Under the pieces are notes generated by a model. It was not told the origin of the DNA. It was given only the letters and a program-made list of their open reading frames with translations, and made no database searches. The position numbers and the translations under genes are program-made. 64,000 nt of DNA from positions 32,001 through 96,000 of the forward strand of contig CBDUPA010000015.1 in the NCBI GenBank assembly GCA_965368975.1, given 5' to 3'. This DNA comes from an uncultured bacterium (GTDB lineage Bacteria > Acidobacteriota > Thermoanaerobaculia > Multivoradales > JAHZIX01). Shown here in pieces: positions 36,686 to 47,400 of this stretch (within the stretch, counting starts at the first letter, position 1; the number at the start of each line of letters is the position of its first letter).

Positions 36686-37102
36686 TCAGTTCACTTCGAT
36701 CTCGAAGTCCTGCAGGGCTTGGATCTCGTCAGCATTGAATCGGACGCGTCCGAGGTTCTGGAGGAACGCCTCGCGCCGGAACACTACTGGCAAGTCGAAG
36801 ATCGACTCGTAGCGGTAGGCCCAGATGCTCAGGTTCCACCAGCTCTCGCTCCAACCACACGACGCTTTACCGCCGATCTGGCTGGCCAGAGACTCGATGC
36901 GACTGAGAAATCCCGGAACGACTTCGCCCTTGTCGAGGCGGATGTGGGCCATCGGCTCGAGCGCGGGGCGCGTTCCGGCCTTCTCGTGCGCGGCCATGCC
37001 GAGCGCTATCTTCAAGCGCTCCTGGCCGGCCTGCTCGACAAGCTCCGAGTCCTTCAAGGCTTTCGCGATCTCCACAATCGACATTTGAGGTGCGTGTGCC
37101 AT
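36686..37102 (-). CDS. 138-aa putative RiPP precursor with an internal Trp/Tyr-rich core
   Basis: AGGAAGGAG RBS; contains CGWSESWWNLSIWAYRY; lies 100 bp upstream of the rSAM gene. Confidence 0.8.
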   Translation of the reverse strand: MAHAPQMSIVEIAKALKDSELVEQAGQERLKIALGMAAHEKAGTRPALEPMAHIRLDKGEVVPGFLSRIESLASQIGGKASCGWSESWWNLSIWAYRYESIFDLPVVFRREAFLQNLGRVRFNADEIQALQDFEIEVN

Positions 37103-37212
37103 GACAGACTCCTTCCTGTTTGTCCGTCTTACATACTGAAGACCGGAGACGCGAGGCACACCACTCCATCGGATGGGTCGGTAGCCACCCACCGAGCCTG
37201 GGCGCGACGAGG

Positions 37213-39318
37213 TCAGCGCCCGAGGACTTCGTGCTGCCGGTGGAAGAAGACACTGGCGCGACGCTCGACGCCCTCTTGCATGATGCCGAGATACGGAATC
37301 AGAGAGCTGAACGTCGTGCACACCGCACGCAGCGACGCTTGCATCTCGCGGCAGGTCTTGGCCACCACCAGCTGCTGGTAGGTCTCGTGCTGCGGCAGGC
37401 CATTGCCCATCTCGCGCAGGCGGCCGATCTCCTGCACCAGGCTGTAGCCCATGTCATGCTGCGCGATGCAACGGCTACCATGACGCGCCAGGTCGGCGGC
37501 GCTGCGACTGAGCACGTCTTTGTCTTCGAAGCGCACGCCTTCCATCGAGTACAGCTTGTGCAGCCTCGGCACTAGCCGCTCGCTCAGCACCTCCAGGAAA
37601 TGCGACACCGCCTGCCAACCTTCGCCGCTGGGGATGCGCCGCACCTTGTTCTGCTCGTCGAACAGGACCTTGAGAATGCGCGCCAGGTTCTCCGGCGTCA
37701 GGGCCAGACCGGCAACCTGGCTCTGCTGCAGGCGCTCCATGAACTCCCCCAAAGCTTCCATCTCCTTGAGCAGGGTAACCGCTTGCTGGGCCTCGACGGA
37801 GAACTCGCGCAAGAAGAAGTGATAGGAAGACTCGGTACTGCGTGGGTCTTTGGCGGCGATGTGAGCGAAAGCGGTTTGCAAGAAGGTACGCAGTTCGCCG
37901 ACGCAGGCGCACAGATCCTGACGCAGGGGCTTGGCGATCTCGGAGCGCAGCTCGTGCAGCAAACGCACCGACGCGCTGCACAGATCCTGGAATTCGGCCA
38001 CCTCGTCATCCAGTTCGCGCAACTCGCCTTGCAGAGCGGCCAGCCCGGTACCGTGGCGGCTGGACGCTCCAGCGTGCTCGAGCGCCACCGCACCAGCCTG
38101 CAGGCGCCCACGTACCAGTTTCGGTACGGCTTGCTGTAGGCGCTCCGTCAGCTCAGCCGACGAACCGCCCTCGACGCTCGGCAGCTCCAGGCTGAGTTCC
38201 TCGACCGGGATCACGTAGGTATGGAGCAGTCGCTCCAACTCGCGCGCACACGTCCGCAGCGCCTTGCCGACACTTTGCATCTCGAGGCGACTGACCTCGC
38301 GGTCGTCGACCCCGGTCGGGAACTGCAACAGGAATCCCAGCTTGCCAGCGCGCAGCTCACGGTAATTCAGTGACACCTGGCGGAGGGCTTCGACCAGCTC
38401 GACCAGGGCTCCGTCGAGCCGGCGCCGGTACTCCAGCTGGCGCTCTAGGTCCGCCACCTTGTTGTCGGACAGCTCGCGGAACTGCTGAGAGGCCAGACGC
38501 AGCTCGCGCTCCAACTCCAGGTAGCTCGAGCGTTGATCGACCAGCGGCGGCAACTCGGCCCGCAGGTAACCGAATACCTGCTGGAACACTGCGGCCAGAC
38601 GCCAGAACTCTTCGAGCCCGGCATAGACGACCTCCTCATTGCCCCCCAATGCCGCCAGGCGGCGGTCGCCGCCGAGGAGCAAACGGATGCGCTTGCGCTG
38701 ACAGCGTACTTCGCTCTCGAAGGATTCCAGACGCAGCAGGTCTTCGAGAAACAGAACGGTCGCCGCCGGCGATGCGCGCAGCGCCCGCTGTAGCTCGGCT
38801 TCGATGTCTCCGGCAGCGGCACTCTCCAGCGGATTGTCGACCCTCAGGCGCTGCTTGAGCGAGCGCCGTACATGCTGGATCACCTGGTCGATGAAGTCGG
38901 TGAGCCGGTGGCGCGCGGTCTGCAGATCCTGCACCGCGATGCTGACGACCAGCAGCATGGGCAGATCCTGGTGCAGACGGTCAGCAACCCGGACCAGCTG
39001 TGCCTTCAGACTCTTGACGGCCATCACTTGCGTCTGGCCGACCAGGTCGTCGACCTCGCACGACTCGCAGAAGCGCAGCACCATGCGCGAGAAGCGCAGC
39101 CGCCACTCCTGGCGCTTCTGCACCAAGAACAGGTCGTCAGGACTGATCTCGGCAGGCGGTGCGGAGGGCGACTCCGCGTCGCCCGTTTGTCGCCGCTCTG
39201 CCGACCGCCGCTCCCCCATCCGGCGCTCACTCGTCGGGCGCTCACGGATGGGGCGCTGGACGGAAAGGCGTTCCACGTCGAGAGCTTCCGATCGGGGGAC
39301 TACGGGCGAGCTTGCCAT
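37213..39318 (-). CDS. Large alpha-helical/coiled-coil hypothetical protein with N-terminal ERRxxERRxxERR repeat
   Basis: About 700-aa ORF with Leu/Glu/Arg heptad character and no enzyme motif; start uncertain. Confidence 0.75.
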   Translation of the reverse strand: MASSPVVPRSEALDVERLSVQRPIRERPTSERRMGERRSAERRQTGDAESPSAPPAEISPDDLFLVQKRQEWRLRFSRMVLRFCESCEVDDLVGQTQVMAVKSLKAQLVRVADRLHQDLPMLLVVSIAVQDLQTARHRLTDFIDQVIQHVRRSLKQRLRVDNPLESAAAGDIEAELQRALRASPAATVLFLEDLLRLESFESEVRCQRKRIRLLLGGDRRLAALGGNEEVVYAGLEEFWRLAAVFQQVFGYLRAELPPLVDQRSSYLELERELRLASQQFRELSDNKVADLERQLEYRRRLDGALVELVEALRQVSLNYRELRAGKLGFLLQFPTGVDDREVSRLEMQSVGKALRTCARELERLLHTYVIPVEELSLELPSVEGGSSAELTERLQQAVPKLVRGRLQAGAVALEHAGASSRHGTGLAALQGELRELDDEVAEFQDLCSASVRLLHELRSEIAKPLRQDLCACVGELRTFLQTAFAHIAAKDPRSTESSYHFFLREFSVEAQQAVTLLKEMEALGEFMERLQQSQVAGLALTPENLARILKVLFDEQNKVRRIPSGEGWQAVSHFLEVLSERLVPRLHKLYSMEGVRFEDKDVLSRSAADLARHGSRCIAQHDMGYSLVQEIGRLREMGNGLPQHETYQQLVVAKTCREMQASLRAVCTTFSSLIPYLGIMQEGVERRASVFFHRQHEVLGR

Positions 39319-39453
39319 GACGCCGATACTGTCATTTCCCAATATATTTGAAAAGATCGGCACCTACCCCTCTCGACTGAGCAGTGAAACTTTCCACCCG
39401 CTGGTACGTTGTCAACGATGGATCCCCCATCGAACCGAGCCAGGAGCCCCGCC

Positions 39454-41916
39454 ATGTTGCAACTGCTACACGACTTCCGTCTCGCCCTGCGTAACCTCCG
39501 CAAGGCCCCCGGCTTCGCTGCCATCGCCATTCTGACCCTGGCACTCGGCATCGGCGCCAACAGCGCCATTTTCAGCGTGCTCTATCACGTCGTGCTGGAA
39601 CCACTGAACTACCCGCAAGCCGAGCGGCTGGTGATTGTGCGCAGCCAGTTCACCACCATGGGCTTTGACCAGTTCTGGGTGTCGGCGCCCGAGTACGAGG
39701 AATACCGTGACGGTAGCAGCAGCTACGCCGCGCTGGGGGCCTACACCACGGGTTCGGCCAACCTGAGCACGCGCGGGGAACCGGTGCGCGCGCAGGCCGG
39801 CTACTTCACACGCTCACTGCTCGACGTGCTACAGCCGCGCGCCCAGCTCGGACGCCTGGTGAGCGCCGAAGAAGACTCACCTGCCGGTGGTTGGACGGTG
39901 ATGCTCAGCCACAGCCTGTGGCAGCGAGCTTACGGCGGTGATCCCGACATCGTCGGCCAGACCTTCGACGTCGACGGCACGGCAGCGACCGTGGTCGGCA
40001 TCCTGGAACCCGGCTTCGACCTACCGGACGAGAGCATCGAACTGTGGATACCGCTACGCCTCGACCCGGCCAATCCGCGGCCACGCAGCAATCACTTCCT
40101 GGAGATTCTGGGCCGCCTGAAGCCCGCGGTCACGCTGGAGCAAGCGCGTGCCGAGCTCGACCCGCTGCTCAACGGCTTCGAAGAATTCCAGGCCGACCAG
40201 CACACGCTCAACGCCTCGACACACCGCCTGCGCATCGACCCGCTGCACGACGACGTCATCGGCGCCGTCAAGCCACAGGTCCTCCTGCTCACCGGCGCCG
40301 TCGCACTGGTGCTGCTGATCGCCTGCGCCAACGTCGGCAACCTGCTGCTGGCGCGCGCCGAGTCGCGCCAGCGCGAGATCTCGGTGCGCACCGCGCTCGG
40401 GGCTGGCCGCCGTCACTTGCTGCGTCAGTTCCTCACCGAGGGCCTGCTGCTGGCTGGCCTCGGCGCCATGCTCGGCACCGCCCTGGCCGCCTGGGGCCTG
40501 CGCCTGCTGCTGGCCGCCGACCCGGAGAGCGTACCGCGCTCGGCTGAGATCGCCCTCGACGTACGGGTACTCGCCTTCACCCTGGCTTTGACCCTGGTCA
40601 CCGGCCTCATCTTCGGCCTGGCGCCGATGCTGCACCTGCGCGGCAGTCACTCCGGCGCGCGGCTCAGCGAGGCCCTCAAGGAGGGTGGACAACGCACGAC
40701 CGCGCAGGCACATCGCTTGCGCCTGCGGCGCGGCCTGGTAGTGCTGGAAGTAGCGCTGGCGGTGATCCTGGTCGTCGGCGCCGGTCTGCTGCTGCGCAGC
40801 TTCTGGAACCTGATGAAAGTCGATCCCGGTTTCGACGCCAACGGCCTGCTGACGTTCCGCCTGGAACTCGACTTCAGCTCGTACCCCGAGATCGATCAGC
40901 AGATGGGCTTCTACGAGCGCCTGACGCAGCGCCTGGCAGCCACGCCGGGAGTTGAGGACGTCACCTTCATGAGCGGCCTGCCACCACGCCGCCGCCTCGA
41001 CGCCAACGACACCGAATTCGACGGCAAGCCGTCGAGCGAGGAAACCGGCGTGCCGTCGGTCACCGATTTCTGGCAGTTCACGCGCCCCGGTTACTTCCAG
41101 GCCATGGGTATCCCGATCGTGCAGGGCGAGGCTTTCAGCCGTCAGCACGACGCCGAGGGCACGCTGGCGGTGGTGATCAACCAGACGCTGGCCGAACGCG
41201 TCTGGCCGGGCGAGGATCCAATCGGCCAGCGCTTGCGACCTGGCTTCGGTGACCTGCCGTGGTTCACCGTCATCGGGGTGGCACGCGACGTCAAGCAGGA
41301 CGGTCTCGATCGACCGACCGGCACCGAACTCTATTTCTCCTACCCACAGGTCGCCGAGCGATTGGGTTTCGCACCGCGGGCCATGTGGCTGGCGCTGCGC
41401 TCGGACTTGCCGCTGGCAACGCTTCTACCATCGGTGCGCCGGGACGTGCGCGAGGCCGATTCCACCTTGCCCATCGCGCGCCCGCGCATGATGGAGGATG
41501 TGCTGCGCAACTCCGTGGCACAGTCGCGCTTCATCGCCCTGCTGGTGATCCTTTTCGGCGCCGCCGCCCTGCTGCTGGCGGCGGTCGGTACCTACGGCGT
41601 GCTCGCCTACATCGTCACCGAACGACGCCAGGAGATCGGCATCCGTATGGCCCTGGGCGCCAACCGCGGCAGCGTGCTGGGCATGGTGCTCGCTCAGGGT
41701 ATGCGGGTCACCGTCCTCGGTCTGCTGATCGGACTCGCTGCGTCGTGGATGCTGGTGCGCCTGGCCGAGAGCGCGCTGTTCGGCATCCAACCCCACGATC
41801 CACTGACCTTCGCCGCCGTCACACTGCTGATCGCCGCCGTCGCGGCGGCGGCCTGCTACCTGCCAGCTTGGCGCGCCACTCGTGTCCAGCCGGTCGAAGT
41901 CCTACGCGACGAATAG
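39454..41916 (+). CDS. ADOP-type duplicated MacB/FtsX ABC permease
   Basis: DFRLALRNLRKAPGF, TLALGIGANSAIFS, LIACANVGNLLLAR and EIGIRMALGA motifs. Confidence 0.92.
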   Translation: MLQLLHDFRLALRNLRKAPGFAAIAILTLALGIGANSAIFSVLYHVVLEPLNYPQAERLVIVRSQFTTMGFDQFWVSAPEYEEYRDGSSSYAALGAYTTGSANLSTRGEPVRAQAGYFTRSLLDVLQPRAQLGRLVSAEEDSPAGGWTVMLSHSLWQRAYGGDPDIVGQTFDVDGTAATVVGILEPGFDLPDESIELWIPLRLDPANPRPRSNHFLEILGRLKPAVTLEQARAELDPLLNGFEEFQADQHTLNASTHRLRIDPLHDDVIGAVKPQVLLLTGAVALVLLIACANVGNLLLARAESRQREISVRTALGAGRRHLLRQFLTEGLLLAGLGAMLGTALAAWGLRLLLAADPESVPRSAEIALDVRVLAFTLALTLVTGLIFGLAPMLHLRGSHSGARLSEALKEGGQRTTAQAHRLRLRRGLVVLEVALAVILVVGAGLLLRSFWNLMKVDPGFDANGLLTFRLELDFSSYPEIDQQMGFYERLTQRLAATPGVEDVTFMSGLPPRRRLDANDTEFDGKPSSEETGVPSVTDFWQFTRPGYFQAMGIPIVQGEAFSRQHDAEGTLAVVINQTLAERVWPGEDPIGQRLRPGFGDLPWFTVIGVARDVKQDGLDRPTGTELYFSYPQVAERLGFAPRAMWLALRSDLPLATLLPSVRRDVREADSTLPIARPRMMEDVLRNSVAQSRFIALLVILFGAAALLLAAVGTYGVLAYIVTERRQEIGIRMALGANRGSVLGMVLAQGMRVTVLGLLIGLAASWMLVRLAESALFGIQPHDPLTFAAVTLLIAAVAAAACYLPAWRATRVQPVEVLRDE

Positions 41917-41965
41917 ACTCGAGAACAGCACACACACCCACAGCCGACCGAGGAGAGCCGCCCCG

Positions 41966-44377
41966 ATGTCTACCCTGCTACACGACGTTCGCTTCGCTCT
42001 GCGCACCCTGCGCAAGCGTCCCGGCTTCGCCGCCGTCGCGGTGCTCACCCTGGCCCTCGGCGTCGGTGCCAACAGTGCCATCTTCAGCGCTGTACACGCC
42101 GTGCTGCTGGCACCGCTGCCCTACCAGGACGCCGACCGGCTGTCTCTGCTGTGGATGGACAACACGCGCCTGGGCATCGAGCAGGACATCACCTCCTGGC
42201 CCAATTTCGAGGACTGGCGTGCCGGCGGCACCCTATTCGAGGAGTTCGCCACCTACAGCCCGATGCGCATCAACCTGACCGAAGGCGATGGCGGTCCCGT
42301 GCGCATCCCGGCCGCCGAAGTGAGCGCCAACTTCCTGCCTCTGCTCGGCGTGCGGCCCGTGCTCGGCGAAGGCTTCACCGCCGAGCACGAGATCCCCGGC
42401 AACGAGAACGTCGTGCTGCTCGGTCATGACCTGTGGCAAGGGCGCTTCGGTGCTGATCCGTCGTGGATCGGCCGCACCCTGCAGCTGAACAACACCAGCT
42501 ACACCGTGCTCGGCGTGCTGCCGCCGGAGCTCGACTTCCCCAACCAACCGCAGCTGCTCGGCCCGATGGCGGTGAGCGAGGACCTTCGCGCCGAGCGCTT
42601 CGCCTTCTGGCTCTACGTGGTCGGCAAGCTGCGCCCCGGCGTCGACGGCGCCGAGGCCCAACGGCAGATGGACACTGTGGCACTGGAGATGGCAGAGGCG
42701 AATTCCGACCTCGAAGGCTACGGCATCTTCGTCCAACCGCTGCGCGAGCACCTCGTCGGCGATACACGCACGCCTCTGCTGCTCCTGCTCGGGGCCGTCG
42801 GCCTGGTGCTGCTCATCGCCTGCGCCAACGTCGCCAACCTACTCCTGGCGCGTGCCGCGGGTCGACGTCGCGAGATCGCCGTGCGCCTGTCACTCGGCGC
42901 CAGCCGACGTCGCCTGGTGCGCCAGCTGCTGACCGAGAGCGCTGTCCTGGCCCTGCTCGGTGGCGCGCTCGGCCTGCTCGTGGCCCACTGGGGACTGGCG
43001 TTCCTGAGCGCCTTCGGCCCCGACGTACTGCAGCGCCTGGGTCCCTTGAAGATCGACCCACTCGTCCTCGCCCTCGCTCTCGGCTTGAGCCTGCTGACAG
43101 GCCTCCTCGTCGGCCTGGTCCCGGCCCTGCAAGCCTCTCGCGCCGAGCTGAACGAGGCGTTGCAAGAAGGTGGTCGCGACGCCGCCGACACGACCCGCGT
43201 GGGTACTCGCCGACTGCTGATCACCGCCGAGGTCGCGCTCACCGCCCTGCTACTCATAGGTGCCGCCCTGCTGATCCAGAGCTTCGTCCACCTCCGAACG
43301 CAAGATCCTGGCTTCCGGCCCGACGGTGTCGTCGCCATGAGCCTCTCCCTACCCGCTAGCATCGAACGGGCCCAGCGGGCCCCTTTCTACACCCAGTTAC
43401 TCGAGCGTATCGACGCCGTGCCCGGCATCGAAGACAGCGCCGCCATCTCGACAATCTTGCTACCCGAGTTGGCTCGCTCCGCCAACTTCACGCTCGAAGG
43501 CCGCCCCGACCCACCGGCCGCCGAGCGCATCGAAGTCCCAGTCGACGCGGTCACCCCCGGTGTCTTTCGCACGCTCGGTATTCCACTGCTCGAAGGACGC
43601 GACTTCAACTCGGGCGATCACACGGACGCCCCCAGCGTGGTGATCGTGAACCGCGCGCTCGCAGAGCGTTTTTTCCCCGACGGCAACACGATCGGCCAGC
43701 GCCTGGCCTATGGCAGCCAGGATCAGGAAGAAATCACCTGGCGCACCATCGTCGGCGTCGTCGGTGATGCTCGACGCACCTCCGTCGCCCGTAACGCCCG
43801 CCCCGCCACCTTCCTGCCCCACGCGCAGATACCGATGAACAACATGACCCTTGTCGCCCGCGCCACTGGCTCGCTCGATACCCTGGCCGGCCCCCTGCGC
43901 GCCGCCGTCTGGGATCTCGATCCGACGCTGCCAATCTCACGCCTGGAGACGCTCGAAGCCTCCCTCGCGGAGCGCCTGAGCGAGCGTCGCTTCCACACCT
44001 TCCTCTTCGGTGCCTTCGCCGCCGTCGCGCTCTTCCTGGCCGCCGTCGGCATCTACGGCGTGCTGGCACAGCTGGTGCAGAGCCGCACGCGCGAACTCGG
44101 CATCCGCATGGCTCTCGGCGCCGAACGCGGCAGCGTCGTGCGCCACGTGCTGTCTCAGGGCTTACACCCGGTGCTGCTCGGCCTGCTGCTCGCACTGGTA
44201 GGCGCCCTGGCCACTGCGCACCTGCTCGGTAGCCTGCTCTACGGCGTCGGCGCCTACGACCCCATCACCTTTGTCGTGGTGCCACTGCTGGTGCTGGTCG
44301 TCGCGGTGGCTGCCTGCCTCGTGCCGGCGCTGCGCGCGTCGCGGGTGGATCCGATGGTGGCGCTGCGCTGGGAGTGA
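41966..44377 (+). CDS. ADOP-type duplicated MacB/FtsX ABC permease (tandem paralog)
   Basis: DVRFALRTLRKRPGF, LIACANVANLLLAR and RASRVDPMVALRWE motifs; GAGGAG RBS. Confidence 0.92.
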   Translation: MSTLLHDVRFALRTLRKRPGFAAVAVLTLALGVGANSAIFSAVHAVLLAPLPYQDADRLSLLWMDNTRLGIEQDITSWPNFEDWRAGGTLFEEFATYSPMRINLTEGDGGPVRIPAAEVSANFLPLLGVRPVLGEGFTAEHEIPGNENVVLLGHDLWQGRFGADPSWIGRTLQLNNTSYTVLGVLPPELDFPNQPQLLGPMAVSEDLRAERFAFWLYVVGKLRPGVDGAEAQRQMDTVALEMAEANSDLEGYGIFVQPLREHLVGDTRTPLLLLLGAVGLVLLIACANVANLLLARAAGRRREIAVRLSLGASRRRLVRQLLTESAVLALLGGALGLLVAHWGLAFLSAFGPDVLQRLGPLKIDPLVLALALGLSLLTGLLVGLVPALQASRAELNEALQEGGRDAADTTRVGTRRLLITAEVALTALLLIGAALLIQSFVHLRTQDPGFRPDGVVAMSLSLPASIERAQRAPFYTQLLERIDAVPGIEDSAAISTILLPELARSANFTLEGRPDPPAAERIEVPVDAVTPGVFRTLGIPLLEGRDFNSGDHTDAPSVVIVNRALAERFFPDGNTIGQRLAYGSQDQEEITWRTIVGVVGDARRTSVARNARPATFLPHAQIPMNNMTLVARATGSLDTLAGPLRAAVWDLDPTLPISRLETLEASLAERLSERRFHTFLFGAFAAVALFLAAVGIYGVLAQLVQSRTRELGIRMALGAERGSVVRHVLSQGLHPVLLGLLLALVGALATAHLLGSLLYGVGAYDPITFVVVPLLVLVVAVAACLVPALRASRVDPMVALRWE

Positions 44378-44449
44378 GGGGTCCGCCTATCCTCCAACTC
44401 GGCGCCCAGTTCAAACCGAACTTGACGGGGCAAGCTCGAACTTGCTCCA

Positions 44450-47400
44450 ATGCCCCGCATGCCCGACGCCGGTCTCATCCAAGAAATCCTCGACCGCGAC
44501 TCCGGGCACCTCCATACTCCCTTCTCGACGCTCCCGTCTTTCCGCGCCACTCCTGAAGGCGCTCTCCCCTACCTCGACCTCGGTGGCCCAGGCTTCGAGC
44601 GGCTGCTCTTCCTGCTGCTGCTCGCCGACGGCCACGCGCCGCGCTACTTCGGGCGTAGTGGCCAAGCACAGTACGGGATCGACCTGGTGGTCCCCGTCGA
44701 CGACACCCACCACGTATATCAGTGCAAGAACACTGCAACGTTCCCGCCCGCTGCGATGCGCGACGCGCTCACCAAGTTCGAAGCCGAGTGGCTGAGCCGC
44801 GACGACTTGCCGCGACCGTCGTGCTTCGTGCTCTGTTGCTCGGCGGATTTACGCGGACACGAAGAAGCGTGGAGCGTCGAGGCAGAAGCATTCCGCCAAC
44901 GCACGGGGGTCGTGGCAACGCTGTGGGAGCGCAGTGTGTTCAACGAGCGGCTGCGACGCTTGCCGGACATCGTCGCGGATGTGTTCTCAGACGCGGCGGC
45001 GGAGCGATTCTGTGAGCAGGAGGCGTGGGCTTGGGACCTCTTTCGACCACTCAGGCCAGGGACTGGTGCCGAGGCGATCGAGCACTTCCTGCGGCTACGA
45101 GGGTCCGGGGTGCTGGATCTGCCGGAAACGCTGCAGGCGCGATTCGACACCATGCTCGCGCGCGAGGATGCGGTGCTGGTGCGCGGAGCACCGGGCAGTG
45201 GTAAGACAACGACGGGCCTGGCGTTGGCGGCGAACTTCACAGACAAACGCAGCAACTCACGCACGGCGCGAGGCAGCTGGCGTGTCTTCCATCTCGATCT
45301 GGCGCACGAGTGGAGCGAAAGCGAGGTGGTGCATGCGGTCCAGCAGCGGCTGAGCCGGCCGACGATCTTTGTGTTCGATGATGGTCACCGCTGTGTCGAC
45401 CGTCTTCCATCGCTACACCGGCGACTCGACGCGTTGCTGGCAGGCCAGTCGACAGCCAGGCGCATCTACCTGCTACGACACACGGCAGCCCCGGCCGAGC
45501 TGCTGCGCGATGCGTCCGAACTGGAAGAACTCCTCGACGCCAGCGGTGCTGTGCTCGACCTGACCCCCGATCTCGCTACCGTACGCCGGATCACACATCG
45601 CCTCGCGCCAGACTGGCCGCCGCTTCGGCCAGCGCAAGTAGAGCGACTGGCCACGGTATGCGCCCACGATCTGACCCTGCTGACCCAGATCCTGGCTACC
45701 GTCGAGACCCCCGAGACGTTGGAGAATCTGGATCTCGAACAGCTCTATCCGGACCTCCTGCGCCGCTTCTGCGGCCGCTTGCCGGTTGACCTGCCGGCCC
45801 TGCGTGCCGTTGCCTGCCTCGGACAATTCGAGATCAACCCACCGCTGCCCTACAAGCGTCACGACCTGGAAGCCGAGCTGGCGAGCTTGCCGACCGAACT
45901 GCTCACTATTGCCGGCCGGCCACCACGGCGGATCTTCTTCCATGCTTCCGGTGCAGAGCTGGTCTTTCGGGCACTGTGTTGGCAGGACGGTGAGGACCAG
46001 CCGATAGTCGTGATGGGGAACGTCCTGAGCGAGTTTCTGGCATCGCAGCAAACTCCCTGGACCACTCTGTTACAGGTACTCGATGGCGAGTTACGCCTGG
46101 CCACGGCCGACGAACTGAACGCTCTACGGCAGATCGTCCTGACCTCCCCGGCCCTGGTCGGGTGCATCGCGTCGGCCGGTGACGAGCTACCGCTGCGCGT
46201 TCTCGGCCATGCCTGGCGCTTCGCCCCGGAGGTCTACAGCGACGCCTTCCTGCAACTCATCACCAGCGGTGCTCTGCTACGGCACCTGCAGCGCGCCGCG
46301 GCCTCCGAGCTTCCCTTCGTGCTGCGCTCCCTGCTCGATACCATCCCGCAGAACGCTGCTGCGGCTGCTCCCGCAGAAGATGGGAGTACAGTCCTGGCCG
46401 GAATCATGGCTGAGCATGTCCGACAAGACCTCGATCAGGTAGTCCGCCGGACTTCAGCGTCCAACCTCTGCTACCTGCTCGCCTACCTCGGCCGCGACGA
46501 GCCCGCGTGGCTGCAAGCCGTGTCCGCTCTCGACACCGAGGCTATCGAGGCCATGCTCGATGCGACGCTCGCCACCGAACGCGCCAGTTCCATGATCCTC
46601 AAGACCCTCCGAACCTTGCGCGGTAGGCGACCACACCTGGCCAAGGCGCTGCGGCAACGGCTGGGCACGGACTTCTTCCTCCGCACTTTGCGTCACGATG
46701 GTTCTATCGTCGAGCTGCTGCGTCTAGTGCAGCAAACCTCCTGGACCCTGGGTACCGGCCTGCTCGCCTCGCTGACCGCCGAAGACTTCGAAGCGCTGAC
46801 CGTCGCCACCATTTCACAGCGACGCTCGATCGGCACGCTCGACCTCACCCTGCGTGCCCTCAGTGCCAAACGTCGCCAGGCTGTCGAAACCCGGCTGCTT
46901 CCACACACATGGTGGCACCTGCTCGGCCATCTCGGCGACCTCGCCATCCTCGCCGGAATTCTGCGCCGCCTGAGCAAGGGCTACCGCTTTCGCCTCTTGA
47001 AGACCGCCAGCGATGACGGAACCCGTGCCCGCGAGCGCATGCGGATCGTCCGCACCGGTCTGCTGCAACGCAGCACCTTGCCGCAACTCGGACACTTCCT
47101 GCGCCGCCACAGCTTTGCCGTGCCATCCCTCTTCCCCAGGAACACCGACGCTCAAGTGTCCGAGCCGCTGGCCGCGATGCTCGCGCGCACCGACTGGGAA
47201 ACGCTGCGCTACGGGCACCATCTGATCCTAGGAGCGCCGAAGACGACTTTCCGGAACCTGTGCCTGCAAACAATCCGCGACCATCTGGCGAGCGTCGATG
47301 TAGGAATCGGCGACTCCTCGTTGTGCCTACCCAACCTCGCCGAAGCCACCAGCTTCCTGCGCCTGCTGCAAAGTGCTCTTCCTGATCGACTGCCCGAGAT

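Noticed and set aside
39454-44377. Tandem ADOP permeases as the dedicated exporter for the darobactin-like peptide
   Set aside because: They are divergently oriented, separated by another gene, lack ATPase and adaptor partners, and belong to a family that is highly expanded in Acidobacteria, so there is no specific support.
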